DNA of 63,544 bases, filler included, from Dirinaria sp. TL-2023a (lineage: Eukaryota): the NCBI GenBank assembly GCA_051941275.1. It is 4 parts of 4 records of this genome, joined end to end, with 100 filler letters (N's around TTAATTAATTAA, not from the genome) between each part and the next. Parts side by side here need not be neighbours in the genome. Positions count along the whole stretch, not along the records: positions 15,939 to 31,776 come from JAVEBF010000525.1; positions 31,877 to 47,668 come from JAVEBF010000526.1; 2 more parts are not named here. One strand, 5' to 3'. The position numbers and the translations under genes are program-made. Of this stretch, positions 24,549 through 37,724 are shown one piece after another (position 1 is the first letter of the stretch; each line of letters starts with the position of its first letter). The notes beneath the pieces are model-generated. The model was not told where the DNA came from and ran no database searches. It was given only the letters and a program-made list of their open reading frames with translations.

Positions 24549-26398
24549 CGTATACGTTGTTCGCTTCGCGTCGTAGGGTGGAGGTCACATCGCAGGATCA
24601 CCAAAGGGCTGCCGCGGTCCAGGGGTCGCAGGGTAAACTCAGTGTAATAATAGTATCTTTCAGATTTCTCATGGGTATATGCGGAGAAAAGAGCTGTGCC
24701 AGGGTCAGTGCAGGTGGGAAAAGGTTTAGTATAAGTTAGTCTCAAGGCTGCTTTAGGAGGCCCAGGAGGGGTCGACTTGATGGCTGTAGGGTCAAAGATT
24801 ACTCATTGACAATCTAACGATACTGTAGGTATTTTGATCCGTCACCATGGAAATGAAGGACCGCTACCGTACGGCGTAGGGTAGCATTTCCACAGCTCTG
24901 CCACATGCGATGCTCGGCACTCTTACCACATGTGGTATGGGCCCGTCCAGCTTACTTTGGGCCGAGTAGCCGCGCTAGCCGCTCAAGCCGCTGAAGCCAT
25001 TTGGAGAATTTCACTTTGGGTCTCGTACTGGTACAAGTACAGTACTCTATTGAAATGACACGGACGAGCTTCTACCTTATGCAATTCTCTGCTACCTTCC
25101 TTGTGGCGTAGAGTTCGCTGGAAAGATGAAGTTGGACGTATTTTGGCAGTGTCTCCAAGATCTACATATTTATGGCCTCAGTACATCCTGCGCCAGGACC
25201 TTACCTGTCTAGCCCTCATTAGTAGACTGCTGTGAACGCCGCACTCTGCCCGACCGCTAAAGAGTAGTGGTATTGGTACTGATTACACCATCTATTTCTC
25301 ATCTTACTACCAAGAACTGTTCATCACAGCGTGAAGGACCAGACCGTCAGCACCAAGGCCTCAGGCTCGGAGTCTATTGTTGGCAAGTTTACCCAATTCT
25401 GTTCTCGATGTAGAACTTCCAAGCTCAAATGTGACAAGAACGACCCATGTGTATGTCGTCAACTTCTGGTGTGATATAGACATTGTAAGTAACGTTTTTC
25501 ATGTAGATTGAATCAAGCGTAACATCGCCCATCTTTGTGTCAAAGATGAACGTTAACCAGGGGCAAAAAGCGCAAAGACGGAGCATACAAACACAAAAAA
25601 AGTTATCAAGACGTGACTTTTGCTTAATGGCTCTTCATAATAGAACTCTCATTAGCTCACGTTGATATCCCCAGTAATGCGCCACAAACCCAGGAATGAT
25701 CTCATATACAATCCACGCTCTAAAAATTGTCGTTTTGGCGCGTGATTTCATCACTTGCGTGGTCCCTTAAGCAAAGCACAGCAACAAAAAGAGACAAACG
25801 AAGGTGCCAAGATGCCAAATTATCTCAATGAAAAGTATGAGAAATTTGCTGCTAGATTGCCGTCTTACTTCAAAGAATGGGAAGCAACGTGGGGCTCAAC
25901 TCATAGGTCCGATGGCCGCGATACCGGTACACCGATGGAGTTGCCTCAACAGCTTTGGATCCTATTCTTGAGAGCTCATCGAGCCAGTCTCGTCTCAGGA
26001 TGGGCGCGCAGCATGTTAATTATTGGCATAGAACATAATTAGTAGCTAAGCGCAAATACAAGCACGGTGTACTGTCTGTGGCTCTCTGTCCACCAGCAAA
26101 CCCCAATTAACTAATGCTGCGATTACACTGCTTGTTAGCTTGCTATTAACCTCCAAGCCTAAAGATGCAAATCGTTCAGTTGCACAGTTGACTCGATCAA
26201 TGACCAGAGTCAAAATCCGAGAAGCTGGCGAGCTATTGCGGACACAAAAGTGATGTGAAATCTTCACTGTCCGGGTGATAAGCTTGGGTAGTCGGCCGCG
26301 TGATTTTCAGTTGATGTCACTGGCAGCCTCGACCGCGCTAGCCAGGACTTACTGTGTAGCGTCGAGCTCTGTACCCTATATTCCATTTTCTCGCCAAC

Positions 26399-27618
26399 TC
26401 ACTCTTTCACGCCCACAACAATCAACCAGTCAATCCACATACCTACGCCGCCTTTGGTTTCTTCCACGGTCTTCTTCAACAAATCGGCAAACCGGCGTTT
26501 CGCATCCTCGGATTCGGAACTCCGGTTCAGAATGACAAACATTGTCTCTTCCAGAGCCACCATCCAATCATCCGTCGCTGCTTTGCGGACTTTGTCCATT
26601 GGGCCGAAGCGTTTTGACTCGGTGACACGCAGCCCTTGTTCCGAGAGACGGTCTGAGAGATTCGATAGCCATCTATACTCAGTGTCCCCTGTCAGTTGCG
26701 GAATTCACTAAGCGAACAATGAGCCTGAGGTGCACCCGTGCATACCGGAAATCTAAATCGAGCTTCTTTGCGTAAGAAGCCCACATGGCGATGATCTCGT
26801 CTGACGACGCTTTTGCTATTTGCGGGTAGGGTGTGTAAGCTACAAAAGAGTCCGGGTCGAAATCATCCCATTGAAGGTACCCGTTGGGTTCTTTGCGAAA
26901 GAGTCAATGATTGCAAAGACTGAAAAGACCATATGAACCGAACTTAGCAGCTTCATCAAGTTTCCAATCAATAAACTTGGATCTCCGCCTTTGACAACCA
27001 CACAAACGGCTCTGACGTGTACGATGTCAAAGCTCTCGACTAGTGCCGGAGGAATGTTATCAAAAGCGTCCATTTGCTGGAGAGAGACATTGTGCGGTAA
27101 ATATGCGTTTGTGGGGAACTGGTCCGTGGACACATCGAAGCCGGAAAGATGCCATGTCACGGGGACTTGTTCGGCGACGTCCAGAAGCCAGCACCTGCAT
27201 TGCTCACCAAGGTTAGCTATGTGGTCTAGGTTCTCAGATGCGAACATCTCTGTTCGCACCCAGGTCTATCTATCCTCGATTCAGATTCAAAAAAGTCTTC
27301 CAAAGACTGCCACTGCAAGAGCCAAACTAGAAGGAGATATCATGTAAATCTAGTGAGACGGCAGGCACACTTACGCATTACCGCAGCCGATATCAGCAAT
27401 TTTGATATTTTGGCCGTCTTTTGGGATGGACGGATGAAGACAGTAGCCAAGAATATTTTGCCAAATCCAGTGCTGGAGGTGAAGCCTACATATTTCGTAT
27501 TTGGTTTTAGCGTTGTGCTCACCTCGGCAACGAAAGTGGAGGGCCCAAACCTTGCGGAATCACGATAGCTCCGGCCGTGCATATATTCCGCCTGGACAGA
27601 AGATGTCTTGGCAGACAT
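26399..27618 (-). CDS. Class I SAM-dependent methyltransferase (LaeA-like / Methyltransf_23-type), 5 exons
   Basis: MSAKTSS...SAR/LHLQHWIW...IADIGCGN/WLLD...GFDVS...FDIVHVR...LL/KPNGYLQWDDFD. GT-AG introns. Confidence 0.85.
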
Positions 27619-29053
27619 ACTGCTGTGATGCAATGGTTCAAATCGGTTTGGAAGACTGGTCGGCTTGAAAGAAGGATGCCGCTCAGACAACAATGTTCAC
27701 TTACTCGGCACTGAGGGATGTCCTCTGGAGCATATAGCGTTAGCTGAACATCAGGTATGGAAATCGCGCGACAGCAGCTTGGCATCCAAGATGAGGAAGT
27801 AGGCGATCATATCAGGTGAGTCTGTAACTACCTTACTACAGCTGTGTGCTGGATATGGCAAATACAGGTACAATTGGGGCTCTCAAGATCGCTCGCCTCG
27901 CATGCCCTAATCAAGGAAAGCTCGAAAGAAGAGGGGGCCACATTCTGTACAGAGAAACTCTTATATCAACATTTGATTCGATGACTTCTTCTGTGAATTT
28001 GCCCGTCGGCCCGCTAGGTGCTGGTGCCGCTGTATCATAACTGCGGGAGGTATCTGTAGCCTCCAGCGGAGTCAACCTTAGATCCTTCCAGCCTCTCCCG
28101 ACTCCGCAAGTTCCACCTGGCTTGGCATCAGCATCTCAGCGTTCATTGCATCAGCAGAGCCAGAGTATTGCTGGTTCCACATGAACAGTGTATAGCACTT
28201 AAGACAGAGTCCTCTACCTTCAAATTGTCCTTCACTTACCTGAGGTGGGATTCAGAGTGATGAGTAAGCTCGGTAAGGTACTCATACTGTGGACGGAACG
28301 GCTTCCGTACTTCTGCGCCTTGGTTTCTTGATCGGGTCTAGCGAATTCTTGGCGCTTGATCAGCCGGCCCGGCCGAGGGGCTCGGCCATGAGGTATTGCC
28401 AAGCTCGCCAAGATTCTCTCGTTCATCGGTTCTTGACCGCATACTTGCATGTAGGTGAGAGAAGATGCATGGACATGCATCAACTGCTGACAACGCGATG
28501 TGACTGCCCTGCTACTGCTTTCGGCAGACTGGATCTCCCACGCAGGACCTTGGCCTATCTCAGAATGCATGCACCCAGGCTCCAAGGAGGTACGATCCGA
28601 CTGACGCTCAATCTCATTCAAAATCATCCCGTCTCCTTCCGGAACAATCGTCTTGCTGCAGGCTGCTTATACAATATGCCCCTCCCAATTTTGAAGCTGT
28701 TTTACACGTATATAAAATCTCTCTTTTCTCTTTCTCTTTCTCTTCCTCCCCCCTTGTCCCTTTTCTACTTCTCTTTGCACATGAAGAGAATGAAAAGAAG
28801 AGAGCGTGGCTGGTATATGCTATCCAGCTGATCTCATAGCCTCATTTCGAACCACACATTTTACTTGAGTCTCCTCTTTTCACCTTTGTACCTCCGTTCA
28901 GTTCAGGTCGACACGGTTGGGTCGATGAGGTTAGCCTCTTTATCATCTCGCGACTAACCATTCGGTATCGGTCTTTTGCAGTCCTACTTCGAACTCTGCT
29001 TTCATTGGATCTGTCCTGTAACTTGCCGTGTACTCTGTGCTGGCCTTTTTGTG

Positions 29054-31189
29054 ATGGCGGAACCCTTGGCGAGCTCCCAGCGCTTTGGCAAGGGAAAGCC
29101 TGTGGATATTTTGATTGTATGTAGTCCAAAGCAGGGTACTGGATGCGCTTATAGCCTCATTTAGATCGGAGCCGGACCTACTGGTCTTATGGCCGCCGAC
29201 ACTTTGGCTAGGTACGGTGCATCGGTCCGAATTATTGACAAGAATCCCCAGCCGGTGCAAGTAGGCCATGCCGGTGGTAGGTGTTGTGCACTTCAATTAG
29301 TCCATTGCTTTCAACGATATGTCATCTACTTCCCTCCAATTGCTATCCTTTTGCGTGTATCCTTACAATATCTGACTGTGCTAGGTTTGCAACCTCGGAC
29401 GGTGGAGATACTCCGATCACTAGGCCTTCGTAGTACGTTTGAAGGGCTTGGTAACCACTTGTGCGAAAGTGCCTTTTATTCTAGGGAAAAAGGCGGTAGC
29501 CTTGAACGTACAGATGTCGACCCTGAAGTCATCAACGCTTCACCCAATCCCTACGTACTGGTCGTTCATCAAGGAAATACTGAGCGCGTATTTATCAGTG
29601 ACCTGACCATTCGTGGAGTTACTATCGACCGGCCTGTTCGCTTCATCGATTTCAAGGACGGCCGTGACCAAGAGTACCCGCTGGCTGCACATCTCAAAGA
29701 TTTGAACACGGGCATGATTGAGGAGGTGCCTACTAAATACATCCTGGGGTGCGACGGCGCTGGCAGTAATGTTCGAGGGGCCTTACACATCGTTTCAGAT
29801 ATTCAAGATTCCACAGACTCTTGGGCTGTGGCAGATACTCGTGTGTCAACCGACTTTCCGGACGTGCGTCGTCGGTGTAACATTCGAACCGATGAAGCAA
29901 ACGTGATGCTGATACCACATGCCCATGGGATCCGCATCTACACTCTCCTATCGCAGCAAGATGTATCGGCATTAGAGGGCAGCAAGTACGGTGGTAAAGG
30001 CTATACCGAAGAAAACGAAGAGACTGTGATTGGCGTCTTATCCCGAAGAGTGAAGACAGCACTGAGGCCTTACAAAATCGACATCGAAAGCGTCGAGTGG
30101 GTCAGCATGTACCACATCGCACAACGCGTCTCGAAAACCTTTACAGGCTCGGACGGCCGCGTGTTCATTTTGGGAGATGCGTGTACGTAATCATTTCCCC
30201 TTCCTTTTCTCTGTTCTTGAAAGTGGCAAAGCATCGTGAGATCTGTTTCGCGAATGATGCACTTGAAAAGTCGTTCAAGGCTCTGTATTATTGCTCGGAG
30301 AATATGTGCTGACTGCGTTCTCCTCAAAGGCCATACTCACTCTCCAAAAGCCGCTCAAGGCATGAATGTATCAATGGGGGATGCATATAACCTTACATGG
30401 AAACTTGCTCTACAGCTTCGCGGTCTCGCTACACCGGGCCTGCTCGAGACTTACGAGATTGAACGTCAGCATATCGCTAAGCAGCTGATTGAATTCGATC
30501 ACAACGTGGCCTCCATGTTCGCCTCCTCCGACAATCTGCTGAGTAAGGAATTCCATGACCTATATTGCAAGAACAAAGGGTTCACGTCTGGCCTTGGTTA
30601 TCGCTATCCGGAAAATATACTCGTCAAACAACAGGCCGGTATCGATATCGACCAGGAAGCCTTGGAGCCCCTCACACCCGGGAAGCGGCTCTATCCCATT
30701 GCACTGATCAAAGACGTCTCCGGCGACCGCATCAACCTTGTCGATGAGCTGCCATCGAAGGGAAGATTCCATATTTTCGTCTTCGCGGGTAAAGGCGGAC
30801 TGCAGAGTGATCAGTTTATTCAGGCAGCCAGATTCCTATCTTCCCCGCCCTCGCCGCTCAGCACATATAACAAACCTTCCACTCCCAGTGGACGCAGAAA
30901 TGACATCCTGAACGAACCCTCCGACGATCGAAACATAGTTGTAGATCTATATCTCATACACATGGACGACCATCTCAAGGTCAAGCTTGCAGATCTACCC
31001 GACCCGTTCTCGAAGTGGCAATCCACGCTCTATGAGGATGTAGATGGGAAGGGCCATGCGGAACTTGGGCTTGGGGGGCAGGCAGCTGTGGTGGTGGTCA
31101 GGCCGGATGGCTATGTGGGGCTGGTCACGAGCTTAAAGTCCATCCATGATACTGCGAGTTATTTCGACGCCTTCCTCCAGAAACCGTAA
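29054..31189 (+). CDS. FAD-dependent phenol 2-monooxygenase-like hydroxylase (class A flavoprotein with C-terminal thioredoxin-like domain)
   Basis: VDILI/IGAGPTGL, GLQPRTVE, YILGCDGAGS, RVFILGDA/CHTHSPKAAQGMN, VVVRPDGYVG. Introns at about 29117-29165, 29277-29384 and 30184-30329. Confidence 0.92.
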
Positions 31190-31776
31190 ATGGATTTTCC
31201 ATTGGCGGTGAATTAGGAAATGACGTTGAATCGAAAAAATATCAGTGTCGTACCGGCAATCTGCACGACCGTGGCAGAGCAGTATTTATGGCTTTTTTGC
31301 GCTTCGTCGTTAGCAAATTTTCTTCAATTGACCTTTTCGTTCAAACCTCCACTCCCTACTGATTTTATTCCCCCAAGCAAATAATCTTATCTGTGCTTCT
31401 ATATCCCCACTCCTCTCGATCCTAGCTAGCTACTCCGTTGTATATTGTTACATCGAACTCCTAACTAATAGATTTCGTATTGATGCCAGAACGGGAAATA
31501 ATCCATTGAAAAATTCGAGGAAGGGGAAAATCTTTTGTGGGGGGAAAAAAAAAAATTTGGCATCCAGAACCATTCCATTCCATTCCACGCTATCAATCCC
31601 TCAAATTTTCCTTTCCTCTCTGGAAAAAGAGAAGAAAAACGGAAAGGCAAAAGCCAAAGGAAGAATTTCACCTCACCTTACCTCACCCTATTCCATCCTC
31701 ATTCCATCTTTATTCCCATGTGTACCTCCCGGTTCTCTTATTCCTAACCCCCCTCATTTCTCCTCCTCCTCCTCCT

Positions 31777-31876
31777 NNNNNNNNNNNNNNNNNNNNNNNN
31801 NNNNNNNNNNNNNNNNNNNNTTAATTAATTAANNNNNNNNNNNNNNNNNNNNNNNNNNNNNNNNNNNNNNNNNNNN
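31777..31876. other. Artificial contig spacer (N44-TTAATTAATTAA-N44)
   Basis: Same 100-bp spacer. Confidence 0.97.
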
Positions 31877-32874
31877 CCTTCTCCTCCTTCTCCGCGGCCT
31901 CCCTGGCCTTCTTGGCCTTCCTCCTCTCTTTACGTCGGGCATTCTCGTCGTGCCGCGCGCCCTTCACCTTCTTCTCCTCAATGTAAGCAAGCACAGCTTG
32001 CTGGTTCTCGGCGCTCACTCCCAGCTTTGCCAGGAGGTCGTCGGTGGCCATGTCGGCGGGCTTTGGTGCTTCCCCTTTCTTGAGGGGAGCTTTCTCCCGT
32101 GCCTCGAACACGAACATGGGTTTGCGCAATAGCGCTTCTTGTGCCTTGATGGCGGCTTCCAGTTCGGAAATGCGTTGCCGCAGGCTGGTGGCCTCGGCCC
32201 GACCGCCGCTCAGTGCTTGGAGCATTATTGCCTGGTCGTATTCCTGCACTTGTTGAGTCTCTGCGTCGTCGAGTAACATGCCGTATAAGCGCCAGTTCTG
32301 CGCGCTAGACATTGCCTGAACTCTTGTCTTCCCATCTTCAATCATATCGACGAAGAAGGATTGGAGGCTGGCTAAAGCAACGCTCTTGGTGGTAGACTCG
32401 GCGTTGGTCATTACTTGTTGCCAAAGAGATCTGGTGAGGCGTCCCTTGAGGAAGGTAATATGGTCAAGCAAACGCGTGTACCCGATGTCGTAGACAACGG
32501 CGGAGACGTAGCTGCCGAGCAGCATTCCGAGCGAGAGCGCGAACATGAAAACCAGGAGAGGGAGAAGCACGTTGACTTGCAGATCTAATAGGTATTCATC
32601 AGCTTTGCCTCTCTACTTTGGAAGTATTAGTCTTACCAGGCCAGATATTTGTCGGTTCAAAAGTAGTCGCGAACCCAGTTGCATGCATATGCCCCAACCC
32701 AAAATGGTTGGGGTCTTCGTACGAGGTTGTCGGGAGCACTGATCCTGCCGCTGGCAGATCTTGAGTGGCTAGCAGCTCGATTGTCTTCGTGGGCGAGGGA
32801 ATAACGTCGGCGCTACCCTTGAGAAACTTCGTGAGAAACCCTGCAAGGAGCCGAGCGGCTTGCACTGTCGCCAT
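31877..32874 (-). CDS. Hypothetical single-TM coiled-coil protein, 3'-truncated at contig end
   Basis: MATVQAARLL... exon joined in frame by intron 32585-32636 to D-LQVNVLLPLLVFMFALSLGMLLG. Heptad- and K/E-rich tail is open into the gap. Confidence 0.55.
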
Positions 32875-35092
32875 TGCTAGAGGTCGAGATTAAAGATGTG
32901 GGTAGAGGATGTGGTAAGAAGAAGTCTTGTGGCTGCAAAATGTCGATACGCGAAGACAGACGGTTCCAGTCTACACCGGCAAGACCAAATGTCAAAGCAA
33001 AGAGCAGGAGGTTGTAAGCAGAGCACAAAGGGTAGACTCTTCGGTGTTGGAGCGATGGTTTGCGCGGAGCAAGGTTGAGGTTGGCCTTACAGCTTCAGGG
33101 AATGTGGAAGACACAACGCGTCAGGCAAGATCAACCGTCCAGGCGAAGAAAGAAGCTGAATGTGAGCGAAGTAGATTGGTAGGATGTCCGCAACCCTGGG
33201 ATTGCTTTGAAAGTAACAAGAGCAGTGTAGATTGAAGCAGCTTCTCGCTATTTAGTGTACTGAGATGTGGACCGTACAATAAAAGCGGATGTGGGTGAGA
33301 AAGGAAGGAAAATGAGAAGTGAGAGATTGGGAGGGATTAAATGGGCTGTGGACGCGCCTCGCTTACGAGTTGATATTCACTTATTGCGCGTTGGCCTACC
33401 TTACCATTGTCGACCTTATCAGGCTTAGTAGGTCACGAGCCCCTGGAAACTCCTTTTGCCTATTCACAATTGTTTGTCATGTCAAAAACAGCTATTGTTC
33501 GGGCACTACCGGGTGATTTTGTTGTGGGAACACGAGTTGGGTACTCGTCTGAGGAAAGTGCAGGATAAGGCTCTATGGACTCCACACGCAATTCTTAGAG
33601 GATTCAAGGAGACAAGAGAGGGCATGGATGATGTGAACTGAAGTATCTCGTACTCGTACCTTAGTGGGTTATACATATCAGGATGTTGATCGCACTATGA
33701 GGTTCTCTGGAACTCTATTAGCTCAAAACCCATATGTTCCCATATAGTAAAGAAGAGCGGCTAGATGAGCGTTCAGATGGGTTGCAGCATGACATACATC
33801 TTTTTGAAGACAGGTTCTTGCTCTGTGTCACCTTTTTCATCCAGTGCGTCTATAACATTCATTGAAATTTCATTACCAATGCTTGGAGCCGTCTGATCCC
33901 TCGCCATATTCCCAGTCTTTTTCATGCTCGCCGTCGGTGCTATTGCTACGGCGCCTGGCATTGTCGACCGCTTGCTTCTTCTTCCGCTTGCAGCTCAGTT
34001 TCCAGTCACTTCACTCCGATGAGTGCGCCGATCTTCTTATTAATGCCGGGTTCAAAAGCTCTCTGAGATCATGCTTCAGAGCAGCCCAGCGGTGTTTATC
34101 GATATACTGATCTGGGTCCTTCAGACCGTGAGCGTGAAACAAGACCTCAGAGTCGCGGAGCCGCTCCCAGGGATTTTGGAAGAGCTCAGTCATCTTGTGC
34201 CTTTTCTCGGTATACTCTTCTATAGTAATGTCAGCCTCAGCCTTGCACTCATTGCACATCCAATGGAATTCCTAGTTCCGCGGATACGCTGGGCTGTCAC
34301 CTTTATCGAACTGTTTCCTCAAGTTATTGACTTCGTCCTGAAGTAAATCTCAGAGCCAGCTTTGTCTACCATCGAAACTAAATTTTTGAGACACCTACTT
34401 CTGAAGCAGGGGGGCGGAATGTAAAGCGCTCGACATAGTGTGGCATCTCATCAATCTCTTGTGTGGCAGCTCCATGTGATACCAGCAGTCTCACTGAATC
34501 CTCTGATTTTTCTATTCTGCTGATCCATGACCCCTTTTGTTTTTCTGAAAATTCTAAGCTGTTGCCCGTACCTGTATTTAACCTTTGGTGTGGGTAACTC
34601 TATACGTGCTCCGAGATCAGTCAGCGGAAGAGTCTCCAATTATAGGCATGAGGTTTTCATTGAATTGGTCGCTCTTTGGAATCTCCAGAATTTATTAGTC
34701 ACTCCACTTAGGTGCACATTCGTAAGGTAGCCTGTGTTTTCCATGACTTATTGAGGAATTTTGATATTGTCTCTCATCGCCCGCGCTGATCGGTACCCTT
34801 GCGGCTATAGATCATTGCCTAGCTTTCCAGGTCTATGATACGCTGGTTTGGCCCTAACATTCTCATGGAACAATACTATATGGTCTGGGCTGAGAGAGTA
34901 TGGACTGTGCTGGTGGTAGGATAGCGTACTACCATCGATCTAATTGGGCCGAGCGGAAGGATGGAGGGTTCCATCCGAGGCTGGTTTATCGAATTTCTCC
35001 ATCCCAAGTTTCGATTCCTACCGTATGGTCAAGCTTTCAGGATCTGCGTCTAACGATTAGGTCAATGGACAACGTCCTATTTGAACTTGGAT

Positions 35093-36856
35093 ATGGCGAC
35101 AGAGGTGCATTTTGACTACATCATAGTTGGCGGCGGCACTGCGGGATGCGTCTTGGCGTCAAGGTTAATAGAACGCGAGTCCTCACTCTCTATACTGCTC
35201 ATCGAGGCAGGGGCTGATGTTACGACCAATCCTCATGTGTCTAAACCACTGGATGCTGCGCACCTTCATTTCTCGGATATCGACTTCAAGTATTTCACAG
35301 TTCCCCAACAATATCTAGATAACAAGCCGCGCTACGTTTGTGGCGTCAAAGCACTCTCCGGTGCTACTGCGATCAACTCAGGTATGATATTAATGAGACC
35401 TACCAGCTAGAGAGGCATCTTATTTGCACCCCTTGCTTCGTCAACGGCAATGCTAATTAGTGGTCTAGGTGGTTGGATACGAGGAGACAGACAGGACTAC
35501 GAAGATTGGGCGCGGGAAGCAGGAGATGACCGTTGGAGCTACGACGGCCAATTGCCCTATTTCCAGCGCAGTGAACACCATTTCGACCCTCATGCGGATC
35601 CAGAGCAACATGGCTTTGAAGGGCCAATGCACACTTCCTCTGTCAAGACAAGCGGGCGTAAATATCCCCTACGTGACACAATTCTGCACGCTTGGAAAAG
35701 TTTGGGGTTAAAGGAGATCGAGGATGCCAATAACGGCTTTCCTCAAGGGATCGCTGAGTTGGTTGAAAATAGACGTGATGGGCTCCGTCAGCTGGCCAGT
35801 CAGGTGTATCCCTTACGGAGCATTCACACCTTGACCAACACAATGGTACGACGAGTCATCTTGAGCGACGGCCAAGGAGGAGGTAAATTAGCTACAGGCG
35901 TCGAGCTGACTGATGGCCGCCAATTCTATGTTAAGTCTGGAGGAGAAGTCCTTCTGTGTGCTGGGTCCTACCGCTCGCCACAAGTATTGATGCTTTCGGG
36001 CATCGGCTCCAAAGATGAACTGGCAAAACACAATATCCCTCAACAGGTCGATTGTCCTTGGGTGGGCAAGAATTTTCACGACCATCAAATGATATTCCGC
36101 TACTGGAAGCTCCGCTACCCTGAAAAGGGTCTCGCCATGGGCTCTCCGGCCTTGACGGATCCTGTGTTCCAACGGGGCAATCCCGCAGACTGGCTTGCCA
36201 CCATGACTGTCCCAGCAGCCGGCATGCAGGCTGCCGTCGCTAAAGACCAAGAAACGTCCAAAATCGATGATGAGCACATACCCGTTGAGAGCGCTCGCTC
36301 TCATCTCGAGAGTAACGTTCTTTACGCGGCCTTCGGCGCGGAGCAGATCGGACTTCAGATCCCCGTCGACGGTACCGCAATCATGTCGTACTACATGGCG
36401 TGTCTACCATCTTCGCGCGGCAGCATCACTCTTGCCTCTGCCGACCCGAGCGCTCACCCAGTCATCGACCCTAACTACTGCGGTACCGAGGCCGACCGCT
36501 TCGTGATGCGCGAAGGGTGGCGCATGCTCTCGCAGCTCATGCTCGAAACACCTGAAGGAAAGGAGTTAGTGGCTGATGAGATTCGGCCGGAAGGCCATGC
36601 ATGCCTGCCGTCAAATGCGTCCGATGAGGCTATTGATCAACGTATCAAAATGGGCGGTCAGAGTTGCAGTCACCCAGCGGCGAGCTGCAGTATGGGAAGG
36701 GTAGTAGATGCTGAGTGTCGAGTAAAGGGAGTGCACGGTTTAAGGGTTGTGGATGCGAGTGTCATTCCAGTACCATTGGCGGCACATTATCAGGCTCCTG
36801 TATTTGCCCTAGCGGAGCAGGCCGTGGATATAATCCTTGCCAGCAGGAAGAAGTAG
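35093..36856 (+). CDS. GMC oxidoreductase (glucose dehydrogenase / aryl-alcohol oxidase-like, no signal peptide)
   Basis: FDYIIVGGGTAG, KALSGATAINSG, GSYRSPQVLMLSGIG, catalytic HPAASCSMG, GLRVVDAS, second His in AAHYQAPV. One intron at about 35382-35468. Confidence 0.93.
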
Positions 36857-37724
36857 CTACATAAAAATAGTTCCCAAACTCAGCCAGGGGTCTGGTTTCC
36901 TTGATTCATACCCTCGAGCTTCGTGCGTCAATCTTCTATTCCTCTGAACCATTATCATCAGTGTCGCTTTCCACCACCAATGTCATTTAGAACTATTTCT
37001 TCGAGACTTAGAGTTACTCGCACTATTCCTCGTGCGGGAGGACTTTCCTGTATACTATCGCTAACGCGCCGCCATATAGTTGACAGCTATGCAGACCCAG
37101 CTTTTGCCAGTGCCCAACTGTGGCTCCATTAATCCGTTTTCTACCCGCCGCCGAATAGCCATGTCGCTGCCCTAATTCTCAGACGTCGATAGCCGCGAAC
37201 TAGTTCTGCGATTCGTCTTCGAAGTTCCGTTGTTCTTTTCTAGTGTTGCTAGTGAGCGAGCTGAATCTTTCAGAAATGGAAAAGCCAGTCTGTTTCTGTT
37301 TCTGATAAGGCAGGAACGCAGTGGACCTCAGGCGAATTGATACAGATGAATGTTCTTCTCTTTTCGTGTTATTCTGTAGCCTCCCTCGGCGAGCTATGAG
37401 AGTCTACTGGAAAATTTCAGAGGAGTAGTGGGGCATTGACTTCATTGAATATACGTATTTTTCATAATGTGCGAAGGCAGTAGATAATATTAGCTTTTAT
37501 TGTACGAAGGCATTGACGGGTTTACTTGGAAAGGCGTGTTTAAGGGATGGCTCGGTAGGACGAGGAGGATTTCAGCCTTTCAGGGGCCGGGACTCCTGTC
37601 ATGCCAAGGATTATCCATGATTTGTGAATAAGCTAAATCGCGTCGCGCTTCTAACTCAAGTTTGTGTACTTAAGGTACATACACGCCTACTACCAATCAG
37701 CCAGTTTCCAGGCCTCACAGTCTC

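Noticed and set aside
24845..24998. Small hairpin, 14-bp palindrome TACCACATGTGGTA and AGCCGC repeats upstream of the CorA-like gene
   Set aside because: Too short to separate from chance promoter sequence, and no TSD or second copy seen.
26399..36856. Methyltransferase + monooxygenase + GMC oxidoreductase as one biosynthetic cluster
   Set aside because: The GMC gene is on a different contig, across an artificial spacer.
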